From the NCBI GenBank assembly GCA_964035545.1, contig OZ037769.1:14042633-14106632 (forward strand): DNA of 64,000 bases, read 5' to 3'. The notes beneath the pieces were generated by a model, which made no database searches, was not told the DNA's origin, and worked only from the letters and a program-made list of their open reading frames with translations. Each line of letters opens with the position of its first letter. Position 1 is the first letter of the stretch. Shown here one piece after another: positions 50,958 to 64,000 of this stretch. The DNA is from Bugula neritina (Eukaryota; Animalia; Bryozoa). The position numbers were made by a program, and so were the translations under genes.

Positions 50958-52438
50958 CTAACCTGACCATTTGAATGCAAAGTTTCCCAGTTTCCCCATG
51001 GGATGTATAGTGTATGCAGTTAGTGCTATATAGCTAGCCAATATATAAGTAGATATATAAAGTTTTATGTAGATAAGATATTTTGCCCTGAAGCACATTT
51101 CTAAACTTTGGTGCCTTTTTGGTTCTTTTACTAACTTGAGTGAATTGGGTGTTGAGGATTATATACATTGTCTTTAAAGTTTTTAACTTTGTCAATATTG
51201 ATGTGTAGCTGTATTCGATCCTCATTCAACCACCTATATAAATATTAAGAGTTTGTGTAGTGTATGTGGTGTTTGCTTTTCACAGTGCTTTCAAATATAC
51301 AATTAGAAGGTTAGAGTCGCATTCTAAAAAACTTGATGATGCATGAGGTGTTATGGGCAATCAATTAAGTCAATATACAAATTATTGTAATTTTCAGATG
51401 CCTTAATTTTTTCATTTGATGAAAAATGACTATAAGGTTGGTGGATGAAACCAAAACTATAAGTTCAGGAGTAACTCAACTATATTTGAGTAATTGCTAT
51501 TACTTCAGCTCCAGTTAGCTTAACTAAAACATGCCTAGGCTCAACTATGGTTGAGACCAGGCATGTTGGCTGAGACATTACAGCTAAAGTCCGATTTATA
51601 TATAACCGATCTAAGCTGAAGTTTCTATATGCCTTTAGATAGCTGTGTCTATCAAAAAATTTTGACAAGAGTTATAAGGAAAATCACAATGTGTAGCGCA
51701 AAATTATAAAGATTATAGATTCTGTAAGATTTAGGCCTATAGAGTTGCGATAACTGACATGTTGTTTTTCATTGAGTGCATGAATGCTTTGATCAATTTT
51801 AGTTTTTTTACGTTTTGATTTCTGATATTTCATTACCAATTAACAACTCGATAACTGCCTATAAATACTTTTCAACATACTGCATATTATAGCTCTATAT
51901 AACTACTTTTAGATTACTGCCAAATAGCTCATGATAGACAAGATACGCAAAGTCTAGCATAAATTATTTTAAAGAGTAGATGAAATTAGGAATCAATTGA
52001 ACCAGCTGAACAGTTTTGTCTTTGTAATTTTGTTATCTATGTATAACTCATAACAAATATGACATTATGAAGTTGCGAAATGTTTATTAAGCCAAAAAAT
52101 ATGTTATAGAAACAATTTAAAAAATTTGCTTTCGTGTAGTTTTAACTTATCCATAACAATAATATCTTCTAAATAAGCAAACTTCATCAAACTATAGTTT
52201 TCTCCTTTACAATTTTGCCATTCCCTTATTAATATTTACTACCTATATAATGACGATTTTTACTAGTTATTTTCAAACACTTATCTTTGCATGTACAGTT
52301 CTTAGAATAAAAAGTTGTTTGATGGCTTTTGATTTTGTTTTCTCTAACATTAAAACTTTGGTATTATTTTACAATTGATTTTAGAACATTTTCACATATC
52401 ATCTTTCCTAATAATAATATTGTGTAGAAGAACACATA

Positions 52439-52480
<42 letters not shown>

Positions 52481-53885
52481 CTTCCCTCCCCCTCTCTTTC
52501 TCTTTCTCTCATCGACATGTTTTTTATTCTGTGATATACATTATGTAATTAATAAATTATTCAATTTTAGAAAAAGAGGTATATCTGTGAAACTACTATA
52601 TATATAGCTGCATCATAGTTGAAGGCCTATTAGTTTTAAAAAGCTCAATTAATATCTATGAATAGAATAACTGACAATCAATATGTCTAACCCGTATCAT
52701 AGGAAAAGCTGTTTAGTTTGCGGCTTCAATTGAATTCAAAGTATAACTACTGCAGCATCACAACAAAAACACTACTCTCAGATGCTCGTCTGTATCACAT
52801 ATCTGACGCTATGCTTGTTTGGTGTAAAGCTTATGAAAAGCATATAGGATAATAATTTTAGATGTTGTTGTTTCAAAAGAACTAACCTACTAGATTGAAT
52901 GCTATATTTACTTTCAGTGAGCAACCAGATACGCCAAGCATTGTTTCTTATTCACCCAAAAATATTAAGCAAATAATCTGCAAAAGCATCTATTTGATTT
53001 ATTTAAACTGCTTCTGCAATGCTTTAAAATCGCTGTTACAGCGTGGTTTAGTTATAGGAAGGACAGTTACATTTGCAGTTTCTTAGTATTGTAAGATGCA
53101 TATTACACTGGCTATAATGTGAAAAAATTATGCATACAGCATTATAAATATAACAGATACAAAAGCCATCTGACTCACTAAAACTCTACAAATATAAACA
53201 ACGTGTTATTGTTTAGTCAGGAAAGGTGAATCATTACAAAACAATTTAATAAAATTGCATTAAAGGACATGACACAGGGGTTTTGCTGCTGATATATGCA
53301 ATCAATAATGTGGCAGCTAACACTATAATTACTGATATTTCAGCTAGCTAAACCTGTAACTATGTAAACAAAATAATAATTTTAAGTGATAACTAATTGT
53401 ATTCAAAATAGTAGTGATTGCTCAAAATGTACTATAATAGCTGTATTATTATATGAATCTTGCAATATGCTTGACCTGTACAATAATTACCTAATTTGCA
53501 ATTTATAATTCCATTTTTATCCAATAAAAGCACTTTATATCATTTTTTTACTTTAGAAAACATAATAATGAATCTATATTTGACAGTATTTTACCTCAAT
53601 TATATTAAGCACCTATATAATATCAGTTTAGATATTGCAATCTTTACTGGTTATAACTTTACAAATATCAAGTATTGCTATATATACTGTAATTGTATAG
53701 TTATATAGTACAATTAGCTGTTGGTACTACATTTGCTGTAACTTATGCTCAGTAATCAGTAACTAGTAGTTAGTAATTAGTTACTTATATTATTAACTTA
53801 AACTGATACAGTGTGATTGCAACTATCATCAAACTTATTATGTATATATACATAGATTTAAGTTACATGTGACTGCAATTAGTGT

Positions 53886-53955
<70 letters not shown>

Positions 53956-54218
53956 ACACTAATTGCAGTCACATGATTTTTTTGCACGAAATCTGTATTA
54001 TCATATAACTAAATCTAAATAATTTATCCCTAAATCATGTTTTGTGCTTAGTTGAACTAAGAAACATAAAGCCTGATTTCTAGCAGCAGCAAAATATAAA
54101 AACCTAAATAGCACTTGCAGTCACATGTCACTTAATACTAGGAATATATATATATATATATATATAAATAGCCATATAATTATTAGATTGGTTTTTGTTT
54201 GTTTGTTTGTTTGTTTAT

Positions 54219-54380
<162 letters not shown>

Positions 54381-55195
54381 AAAAAGAATACAAGGGATCA
54401 CCCAAAGGAGGTATAATGATGAGGCCCAATGGTGCGTCATATATATAGCAGAGGCTAGTGAAAGCAAAGGGCCTAAAAGGAATAACAATTAATCAGTTAA
54501 GTCAGTCAAGTTATGTGAATTAAGTTAAATCGGTTAAGTAAGTCAGTAAAGTAAGTCAGTTAAGTTAAGTCATAGCTCTCCGGCAAGAAGGCAAAACCTC
54601 ACACCTGCCCCAAATGCACCGGAATTAGACTGATTTTTAAGCTCAGGTTTTAACCTGTTCCATAGCGCTGACACCCGATAACATGTACTTCTTTGACCTG
54701 CAGTGGTAGAGAGAAAAGGAACGGGTGTGAATCATGCATTTCCTTATTTTTATTGCATTTCCTCATTGTCATAGTCAGCATATATATGTTTAAATATAAT
54801 ATTTGGGTGGTTTTTGCTAAACAGTTTATATAGCTAGTTGCTAGATTCAACAGTGTTACAATCATTTTATATTCAAAGGAGTTGTAGCAAATAAATTAAC
54901 AATGTCATGCATTACAATTCAACACCATCCTGTCACATCGCGTACCATTATAACAAATTTCATCTATATTGCATTTCTCAGAAATTGATCGTAAACTGCA
55001 TTAGTAATAATTTCGTTCACAGCTAAACAGCATTAACAGCATGACGCCTAGCACAGACCACCATAGCATAAAGCGATGCAAAGCTGCATTAAGCTGGAAC
55101 TGTATAGTGGTATTAGTTTTATATATAAACTAGACATTCTGAAAGTTTGACATCCATTTCTCAGTTCTGAAAGTTACTGAAATCATTTGCACAAC

Positions 55196-55216
55196 ATGGC
55201 ATATCTAAGACTCTGT
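55196..55216 (+). CDS. Initiator micro-exon of deaminase copy 6 (MAYLRLC)
   Basis: AACATGGCATATCTAAGACTCTGT|GTAAGT with TATATAAA at ~55122; homologous to exon 1 of copies 3 and 5. Confidence 0.78.
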
Positions 55217-56230
55217 GTAAGTTCATTATTTTACTTTCTACTTTTAGTTTTAGGTTTGTCTGATAATGATGATATCAGCTATTTTGAAGTTTCAATTTAT
55301 TTTAATTAGTAAACACCAAGGATATTTATTTTCTGCCTATGTCATACTTTTAGGTGCTAATAAAAATCGGCTTTTGCCTAAATTGCTAGTTAGAAATCAC
55401 CAAACAAAACTAAAAAACGCAGTTATTTGTCATATTTTGTTTTAATTATTTGTAGCAGTCTGTACATGGATAAAATGAGTTTGGCACAATATAAACATTT
55501 ATTGAGTTTAGTCGTTTTTTGTTCAGATTTGTTTTAAACAGAATGATTTTTTTTATGTAAATTTTCTCAGACAATTAAAAATTATTGTTGTTCAATAGTA
55601 ATGTAGGATTCTTCCACATTATAAAAGACATGTTTTAAGAGCATTCAGAAAAGTATTAAGGCATGATTTTTTATTAGGTGTATTTTTGTCTTGTGTTATC
55701 TATGGCAGTAAATGTTGTTAGAACTAAATTTAGTATATACAATTAATTTATTAAAACGTTTTTTGTTTCAAAAAATAGTTATGTTTTTGTTTCAACAGTT
55801 ACTAAATAATGTTAAAATCAACACACGGTTCTCAAATGATTAAAAACATATGTTAATTATAATCAGTTTCTAAAATAAATAAAATTTAGAATACTTGTAT
55901 TTATAAGACAGTACATACTACGAAAGTGCTTGTAAGTATGTCATTTGACATTTGGCAGATGTCTTATCAAAACATTTTTTCTTATGCTGACACGTCAGCA
56001 TATTTATAAAAGTAAATGCTACAACCCACCCTACAATAATATAAAGGCAACAGGATTTTTGAGAACTGGTAACATTGAAAATTGTTTATACAGCTAATAA
56101 TACTTTCAAATCAAGAGTTTTTATTTTGAAATCTTTGAAACTGGTCAAACTATTTAAATATTCATGCAAAATGAAAATGCTAAAAATGTATGAGGTAGCT
56201 TGAAATATTTAACCACTGATGCATTTTTAG

Positions 56231-57577
56231 GTTGTGCTGTTGGTCACCACTACCCTTTTAAGTTATGCTAATGCAGATGCTGCCTTTGAAAAAGCTAAAG
56301 CTGACGAATTGATGAAACGGCTGGACAAAAAAACTATTTCGAAGAATCTGATGAGGCAGTTGAAAAGAATTGCTGGTGAACTGAGCTGGTATTATTCTCA
56401 ACGGCCAAACCCGGACTATGCCCAATGGGTAGTGGCAACTCCTTTGGACATACAAAAAACTGGTAACAGCGATACGGATCCGTTAATTTTGACTAAACAA
56501 GATGTGGTTACTGAACACATTTACAGCAATTACAAAAAGAAAGACCCTGAAAATGACACCAAAAATGAGGAGAGAAAAAAGTTCTGCGATAATCAGTGTC
56601 TTAATAGAATAAAAAAACTTCCAACCAAAATTAAAAAAAATAGAGCGGTAATTGCCGATAGCACCGTTATACACACTGAAATCCAAATGTTATGCAGGAA
56701 AAAGGAAGACAATATACTTAAAAACGAAGCTAATAAGAACAAAGTAATACTAATTTACTCCAAGTATATTCCGTGCTCTCAAAACCAAAATTCTCAAGGT
56801 GGAACGTTTGTGGAATGCGCAGGAGAACTGGCAAACTATGTAGTTGACAAAAAAAAAAATGCTAATGGAAACAAGTTTATTGTTTTTTACGAAACTACAC
56901 ATGAAGCAACAAATGAAAACGATGGAGTAAAAGTTTCATCAGTGCTTGGGGTTTCCCAACTTTACATGGAGATGAGTGGTATTGTAGCTTTTAAATATAC
57001 GTACACATCAACTAGTGATAGGTTAGTAAGAGACCCTTTGCATATAGACAGAGCAGACTACATCCGTAAGTATCCAAAGTTTCTTAGTCTAGGACGTCCT
57101 CTCATCAGTGATAATTACAAGGCAACTTCTATTCAGATGTTTATTGACTGTCTTGCCCGAAATAGATTTCTAGGCCCAGTGACAAAAAAAGTGGATAAAT
57201 TGGAAGTGGAATTTATAACTACTAAACACTTTCTCTCGGAGTATGTTGCCAAAGATAGAAGAGACTTAAAGAAACTGTATAAAAAAATGATAGACGTTGA
57301 AAATATAAAAGCACGTGTATATGTTACTATCACAGGCTGCTATGTTTATGCTAAGAAGATGTCTGCGGATAGCATAAAAAGTGATCTTATTGTGAGAGAC
57401 AAGGAAACTGATTACCTAAACTTTAATGGCTACTACACAGAACTGAATCAAGCAAAGACTACTAGCGACTTTACTTCAGAAACAAAAAAAAATTATTGCA
57501 CTCTTTTCCTCACAAGTCTCAAAAAGTTTTTCAAACGCCAAACTGATTTACAACCTGTATGCTCAGTTGGCAATTAA
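56231..57577 (+). CDS. Secreted AID/APOBEC-like zinc deaminase, copy 6, main exon
   Basis: Acceptor TTTTTAG|GTT. Signal MAYLRLCVVLLVTTTLLSYANA/DA; HTEIQML, YSKYIPC-x13-CAGELANY, KFIVFYE, DCLARN. Confidence 0.8.
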   Translation, partial: VVLLVTTTLLSYANADAAFEKAKADELMKRLDKKTISKNLMRQLKRIAGELSWYYSQRPNPDYAQWVVATPLDIQKTGNSDTDPLILTKQDVVTEHIYSNYKKKDPENDTKNEERKKFCDNQCLNRIKKLPTKIKKNRAVIADSTVIHTEIQMLCRKKEDNILKNEANKNKVILIYSKYIPCSQNQNSQGGTFVECAGELANYVVDKKKNANGNKFIVFYETTHEATNENDGVKVSSVLGVSQLYMEMSGIVAFKYTYTSTSDRLVRDPLHIDRADYIRKYPKFLSLGRPLISDNYKATSIQMFIDCLARNRFLGPVTKKVDKLEVEFITTKHFLSEYVAKDRRDLKKLYKKMIDVENIKARVYVTITGCYVYAKKMSADSIKSDLIVRDKETDYLNFNGYYTELNQAKTTSDFTSETKKNYCTLFLTSLKKFFKRQTDLQPVCSVGN

Positions 57578-58948
57578 GTTATTACAAAACAGTATGAATA
57601 ATTTGATTTTCTCTATTCATATAAACAATAATATGGCTAATACAAACTGCAATCACCATAAAAACTGTTTTAATAAAGATGATTAACAATAAACTTTTAA
57701 AAAAATGTTTCTATATATAATCAACTCTATTTGTCCAGTATACATGTTCATTGAATAAAAGTTTTCCAACTTTACAATTTGTATATTTGTCATTGCTTAA
57801 CTATGCATGCATAAAATAAACTCAAATTTAATAGCACCAACTAATAAGAAATTGGCTAAATATGGCAATAATCTAAATAGATGACATATATAAGAACATT
57901 TTTTTACTGTTATATAATAGGAGCTTGAAAGCAACATTAAATGCAAAATGCAGTGTTGAAAAACAATCTAACAAAATATTCTGTCAATTTTTTTTAAATA
58001 TATAATTAGCATAGCAAAGCAAATTTATTATATTATGTTTGTAGACATGCACAATTAAATAAGCAATGCATTATCATTTACAACTTGCTATATGTTTTTA
58101 GTATTGCTAGAAAAATTATGCAGTTTAAAATTGAGACACTTGAAGTTTCACAAAGAATGTTGCCACAAATAAACTAAAACATTTATCAACGTTTCACAAT
58201 AGTAAAAACGCTGTGTGGGTACGAAAATGCCACAGTGTAATTGTTTCAGCAAATCACAGTTGGTGAGCATGTGGTAATTAGTTGAAGGGTTCAAAGCTTG
58301 AGCAAGAGGACTTCAGTAGATTTTGTGTTGTGAATTTTTGCTTTGCCAAGTGTTTGGGTTAATTCGAGAACTCAATGCTTAAACATATTCATCTTTGCAA
58401 TAGAGAGAGGGAGTGTACTTTGAGTAAGTCGATAAATGCATTATCAGCCTGCAATGCAAAATAAATCTATGCTTGACTCTTCACGGCAATATAAAAAGAT
58501 ATCTCAATAATTATGTACAAGGTAGCGCCAAGGGGCATCACATCCTCTTTATATGTGGTTGAACAGAGTCATTTGATTGGCCCCTTGCATTACAGTCATT
58601 CTGTCACTATTCAACGCTATTGTTTTATTGTAGTCACAGCATTGGGTGAGTTCAGCCAATTAGGAGACTCAGTTAGGCATTATACAGAGGATCATGATTG
58701 ACTACAAGATAATAGTGATGAACATAAGGAATATCAAGTAGCATTGCTGTAACATAGGCTACTTAAAAAAACAACAGTGAATGTCTAAAACCCATTACAT
58801 TTGCACTCTATATAAACTTATTAATATTCATAATACTCTACGTAATGCGGTTTAATTATTAGTGTTTGTGCTCAATTACCTTGGTTTTTGTGAAAGTCTC
58901 TTGAATTCCTTTTTAATTGAACAATTCTTCCCATTGTAAACTAACTAT

Positions 58949-59159
<211 letters not shown>

Positions 59160-60779
59160 ACTAATTTCCAATGAAAGAATTATAGTTGTACAAATGACAA
59201 TTACCTTTATAAAAATAAATTATAAACAGCTACTTGTATCAATAAAAACACGCAGGCAAATAAATTTACAGTTTTGAAACAACATGCATAAGTTTAAACA
59301 AGCTGTTGGGCTTGGCTTCAGTGATTTATTTTAGGATATAGTTTCAGCTTCATTACTCAAATATCTGGGGAGAGATACAATGAAACCAGTACCTGCAGAT
59401 TCAAAATGAAGTTACAAAAATATTGAGGTTGTTTACTACTACTGGCTTAATGTAAAGTTTATGCAACTCACCATCATACTATTTTTGTGTTAAATAATTT
59501 GAATCCTATAGTTTTTGATGTTGAGGCCAGGCTAGCTATAATATTGCAACAATTAGGGTTAGTTGTATTTGCAAAGCAAAAACTTTCTCCTAGTAGCAAT
59601 TAATGAGTCATTTTTGTGCCTTTGAATTGAACCTGTTAAATAAAATAATTGGCAACGTCCTATATGCTGTAGGCAACAATGACACTGCATAATTACTGCT
59701 TATATGTTGTTTCCAGAATAGAAATAAAGGTATCTAAATATATCTGCAAAAGCCCTGCTTTTTTCCACTGCCAAAAGCTATTCAATTCAAAAACTGCTGC
59801 GTGAGACTTTGCAACACTTATACTGACTCATTAATGTTTATTTGGTATACAGACATCATCTTTACCATATAACATAAAATAATCATTCGAGTTTGAAATG
59901 TAAAGTTAAGAAATGCAGATATGATGCATAATGGTAGCTTTAGCTATTATATATCTATAAAAGGCATACTTACTGAGTAAAGATAACTCAGCGTATGTAC
60001 AAGCTTATATATATACGATAAATTGTTAAGCTCAAAAATTAATTAGGTCTGTTATATTTTAAAATACTTCAAAATATTCTGTATTTCTAATGCTAATCTA
60101 TATATGAAGATTTTAAAGCAGCAAATAAAATTGCTATACATGCATTAGAGATCATTATTTTAATTGTTTCTTTTTATATTCGAGTCTGCATCAAGGTATA
60201 TGGTTGTTTAGGTTGCAACCATTAGTCTATAATAAAATTAAAGTTACAACTAAATGGCAGTCATCCTAATGTAAACAACTTTATTTAGTCTATTCAAGTA
60301 AACTAATATTATATGTATAACATTCAGCTATTCAGGGCTTTTTTAATCTAATTTGCAGATTAGAATTTAAAAAGTGGCTTGTCTTGTTTTAAGCTGATTA
60401 AAAAGGAACATGACAATTAGGCAATTTTAATTTATACATGCCAAAGATCTTAAATGTAATAATGACGAGAAAAGCAATACTTGGCATGTCAATTTGAATA
60501 TAACTGTAGTTTTAGAAGTAGAGAAGAAAAGATTCAACAAAGCTATCAGATGTTCAATTATTTAAAAAAAGAAAGAGTCATTTTGAGTTAATAATATAAA
60601 ACAGATTTGAAGCTGCCGTTGGTATGAGCACGCCATTTATATAAACATGTGTATATATTGCATGCAAGCTTGTTGTCAAACATAACCCTAACTGCCAGCA
60701 TATTAATTATTATATAAGGGAAGAGCATTTCTGAAGGCTGTTGTATCTTTTGAAGGAAATCTACAAGACAGCAGCTCTC

Positions 60780-60803
60780 ATGATGCCATCAATAAAGCTT
60801 ATT
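60780..60803 (+). CDS. Initiator micro-exon of deaminase copy 7 (MMPSIKLI)
   Basis: ATGATGCCATCAATAAAGCTTATT|GTAAGT with TATATAA at 60711. Confidence 0.75.
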
Positions 60804-61617
60804 GTAAGTATATAGTGAGGCTATCTTAAAACATAAACAGTATTACAAATTTATAAGTTATAACCTCATTTTATTTTAATTGATTATAATAAACACTGTC
60901 AATGTGGTTAGTACAGTAATTTGACATCAAAATATTTTTTCTAATTTAATTTTGTATGTATATATTACTATAATTCAATGCTACTTATAATACATTTAAT
61001 AAATAAGTCAATATGTTCTATATACCTTTTGCGGTTATTTAGTAGAAGTATATTAAATTCTTTTCCTTATTATATAATTGTGAGATAATTATAAACCAAA
61101 ATTAAAAATAATTGAAGTTATAGTATTAAATTTCAAATCAAATTATTTTTCATGTTTATTGTTGTTCATTTATAAGATATATAAAGTGTTTGCTATAGTG
61201 CTAATTTTATTTAACATAAAGATTTTAATACTTTACCATGCTGTGCAGTTGCCGTTAATGAGCTTTTAGTAATATTTCAGTTTTATGTATGATGAACTTG
61301 TTATGACATTTAAAAAAAATTCAAACTGCATAAATAATACCCAAATTAATTGTTTGACATCAAATAATTAGCAGCAATAACCATCTTGCTAATGAAACAA
61401 AACATATTGTCTTATTTGCAAGTTGTTGTTGGAAAGTAAATTGATTGTTTATTTGCAGCTAAAAAGAAAGTGTATTACTGTGGTCTACCAAGTTGCAATT
61501 GCTTTATAGAAAGTTAAAATATTTTAGTGAAATGACGGAGTAAAGTTTTTTTTAGAGTAACTTTATTTGTATATGTATTTATAATTTTAACGCTGCTCTT
61601 CCACCTTTTGTCTTTAG

Positions 61618-62952
61618 GTTGTTTTGGTGCTTTTAAACACAATTTGGAGAAGTTGCACTGCAGATGACGATCAACAAAAAAAATTAACTAGAAAATTGAT
61701 GAAAGAACTTGATAAAGATCATGAAAACATAGATACTGATATAATGCAAAAACTGAAAAGAATTGCATCAGAATTATTTGCTTATTCCAATCATTATCGA
61801 AAAAAGTCATTTAACACGAAAAATGGTAAAAAGATTAACCAGTGGGTAGTGGCGACCCCCTTAAAAATTACAAAAACACAAGAAGGCAAGTTTATTTTGG
61901 AAAAAGAAGTTGTAGATGAGAAAAATGACATCTACTCTAACATTTTTTATAACAAAAATATTGGAAATGCTAAGTGTGATTCCACGTGCATCAATAAGCT
62001 AAATACCCTCCCAACAAGAATAAAACCAGAAATCGGAAATGGAAATTCTATACATACTGAAATACAGATGATGTACAAACACACTAAATCTATTTTGAAA
62101 GAAAAAAAATATAAAAATAGAATAATATTGGTTTACTCTACATACATTCCTTGCTCTCAGAATCAGTTTCACAATGGTGGTGTTTTTCTAGAATGCGCAG
62201 GAGAAATGGCAAATTTTGTTGTAGATAAAACTGTAAATGAAGGGAACAATCGATTTATTGTTTTTTATGAAACTGTACATAAGAAGAAGAACACAGTAAT
62301 TGAGGTATCGCAGCTCTACATGGAACTGAGTGGGATAATAGCTCTAAAGTACAACCCAAACACCGGTGACTTACGGAGAGATAAAAGACTTTTGCCAGAA
62401 TTCACAGACCACTTGAGAGATCAGCCAATGTTTCTAAGACTAAGCCGCCCTCTGTTGAATAGTACTTACCAAGCGACTGGTACTCAACTGTTTGTTGACT
62501 GTTTGGCTCGTAATAGTGTTAAAAATCATCCGCCAGAAAAAAACGTGCAATTCACAGTTGCAAAGTACCAACTCTACCACGATTTTTCTATGGGCACGAA
62601 CAAAATTGTAGATGAAAATGAAATGGACAAAGCTTTAATAGCAGCTTTGAAGAATACAGATCAATCCAAAACGCAAAAGGCTTATGCTTTAAGTTGTGGT
62701 GTGTTTGCTAAAGCTATGTTTAAAGACAAAATTAAACATGATTCGATTATAGTTGAAAAGCAGACGACTGACTATTTTTCATTTGACTCTATAAATATTG
62801 CTGCATTGACGCCTAATGAACAAATTCAAGAAAATAAATTTACTTTTAACACAAAAGATGAAATGAAAGCATGCGTTATTTCTCTTCGTAGAGCTAGAAA
62901 CCGTTTCGGATTTGACAAAACAGATCAGCTAAGTTGTAAACTTAAATCTTAA
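61618..62952 (+). CDS. Secreted AID/APOBEC-like zinc deaminase, copy 7, main exon
   Basis: Acceptor CTTTAG|GTT. Signal ..VVLVLLNTIWRSCTA/DD; QWVVATPL, CDSTC, HTEIQMM, YSTYIPC-x13-CAGEMANF, RFIVFYE, DCLARN. Confidence 0.8.
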   Translation, partial: VVLVLLNTIWRSCTADDDQQKKLTRKLMKELDKDHENIDTDIMQKLKRIASELFAYSNHYRKKSFNTKNGKKINQWVVATPLKITKTQEGKFILEKEVVDEKNDIYSNIFYNKNIGNAKCDSTCINKLNTLPTRIKPEIGNGNSIHTEIQMMYKHTKSILKEKKYKNRIILVYSTYIPCSQNQFHNGGVFLECAGEMANFVVDKTVNEGNNRFIVFYETVHKKKNTVIEVSQLYMELSGIIALKYNPNTGDLRRDKRLLPEFTDHLRDQPMFLRLSRPLLNSTYQATGTQLFVDCLARNSVKNHPPEKNVQFTVAKYQLYHDFSMGTNKIVDENEMDKALIAALKNTDQSKTQKAYALSCGVFAKAMFKDKIKHDSIIVEKQTTDYFSFDSINIAALTPNEQIQENKFTFNTKDEMKACVISLRRARNRFGFDKTDQLSCKLKS

Positions 62953-63005
62953 TTTTTTTTATTTTAATTGGATAAACCAACTGATTGTTTTTACCTGGTA
63001 TAATT

Positions 63006-63007
<2 letters not shown>

Positions 63008-63069
<62 letters not shown>
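63008..63069. repeat. (TA)n microsatellite
   Basis: Seen directly, just 3' of copy 7. Confidence 0.95.
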
Positions 63070-63071
<2 letters not shown>

Positions 63072-63194
63072 AATATTACGTAAAATTACAAAATATGTCT
63101 CTTTTGTGCGCAAATAAACGTAAAATACTAAAAATAATTTTGATATGTAATAATTATTGTTTGTTTTCCTTTAAACTGATCTTTTTGGATTTTG

Positions 63195-64000
63195 AAAAGC
63201 TATTGTTGCTTTTTCTAACTTGTTTCTATATTTCAATTTTTTTCAAAATAATTATTAAAATGTATGCTGGTTTTGAGGAGTTTAATTGCTATATATAATA
63301 CCTTTAACAGATAACTGTGTGCTATATGCACAATTTATTATGTCATCTATAGTTATTAAAACTTTTTTGCTACTGCATGTTGACAACTTTTATAGAAACT
63401 TATTATAGAGCCTATATATAGCAAAAATTATTATTAGAAATTTTCTTTGTTTTATAACACTCATAAGTTCATTTCAAATGACATTGTTATATATGCTAAG
63501 GTATCTAGAATTTTTTCAATAAGTTTATATGATCTTGAAAATAGCAGCAAAATTTTGACCTATATGTATTAGCAACAAAGATTTATTCTATAATGTAAGT
63601 CTCCTCAGTATATAGAGAAATATCAATGTTTTGTTCTTCTTGCAACAAATTTGTTGATTTTCCTAACTTGTTTTTATGTTTCAAATATTTTCAAAGTATT
63701 AAAAAATTATGCTGGTTTTGATGAACTTGGTATATAATCATCTTTTATAACGCAATTATGTGCTACATGTGTAATATGTAATGGAGTTTTGTTATTAAAA
63801 CTTGGTTTCTGAATACTGGTGACTGTGGTATTGTTGTAAATAAATGTTTCAGGAAACCTAGCAAAAATTATTGTTATTATTTTCTTTATTTCTACGCACT
63901 CACGCAAATATTTCAAATGAGCTCATTGTACTAAAGCTCCTAGGACTTTTGGTAATAAGTTTATAGAAAATATAAGCAGTAATTGTTTATCCTAATAATT
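63195..64000 (+). repeat. Diverged ~445-bp tandem duplication
   Basis: CTAACTTGTTT..TATGCTGGTTTTGA at ~63215 and ~63664; TAGCAAAAATTATT..ATTTCAAATGA at ~63419 and ~63859; AATAAGTTTATA in both units. Confidence 0.7.

Noticed and set aside
54575-54740. GC-richer island upstream of the copy 6 promoter, possible ncRNA or TE
   Set aside because: No recognisable RNA family motif, TIR or paralogous copy in the window.

Overview
AT-rich, intron-containing metazoan DNA, most likely an invertebrate; the species cannot be determined from the sequence alone. The first ~12 kb holds the last exons of an ABCA-subfamily transporter (+), a disabled fibrinogen-related (FReD) gene (-) and a PLAC8/cornifelin-family gene (+). 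From ~20 to 63 kb lies the main finding: a head-to-tail array of seven paralogues encoding predicted SECRETED AID/APOBEC-like zinc deaminases (~430-490 aa). Their motif is H-T-E-x29/30-P-C-x13-C followed by an APOBEC-like 'CAGE(L/M)ANF...KLIVFYE' helix/strand, and they carry an extra ~200-aa Cys-containing C-terminal region. The standard gene plan is a TATA box, a 15-24 nt initiator exon, a phase-0 intron inside the signal peptide, and one exon for the whole mature protein. Five copies look intact. One is a multiply-lesioned pseudogene (HTE to HTK). One has an intact ORF but lost its promoter and first exon by a ~1.4 kb deletion. Paralogues show gene-conversion patches, substitutions clustered in predicted substrate loops and divergent C-terminal tails (YDEL vs Arg/Gly-rich). 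The rest is segmental duplications, a LINE fragment, a MITE, SINE-like relics, palindromes and microsatellites. Family assignments come from motif recognition by eye; no database search was run.
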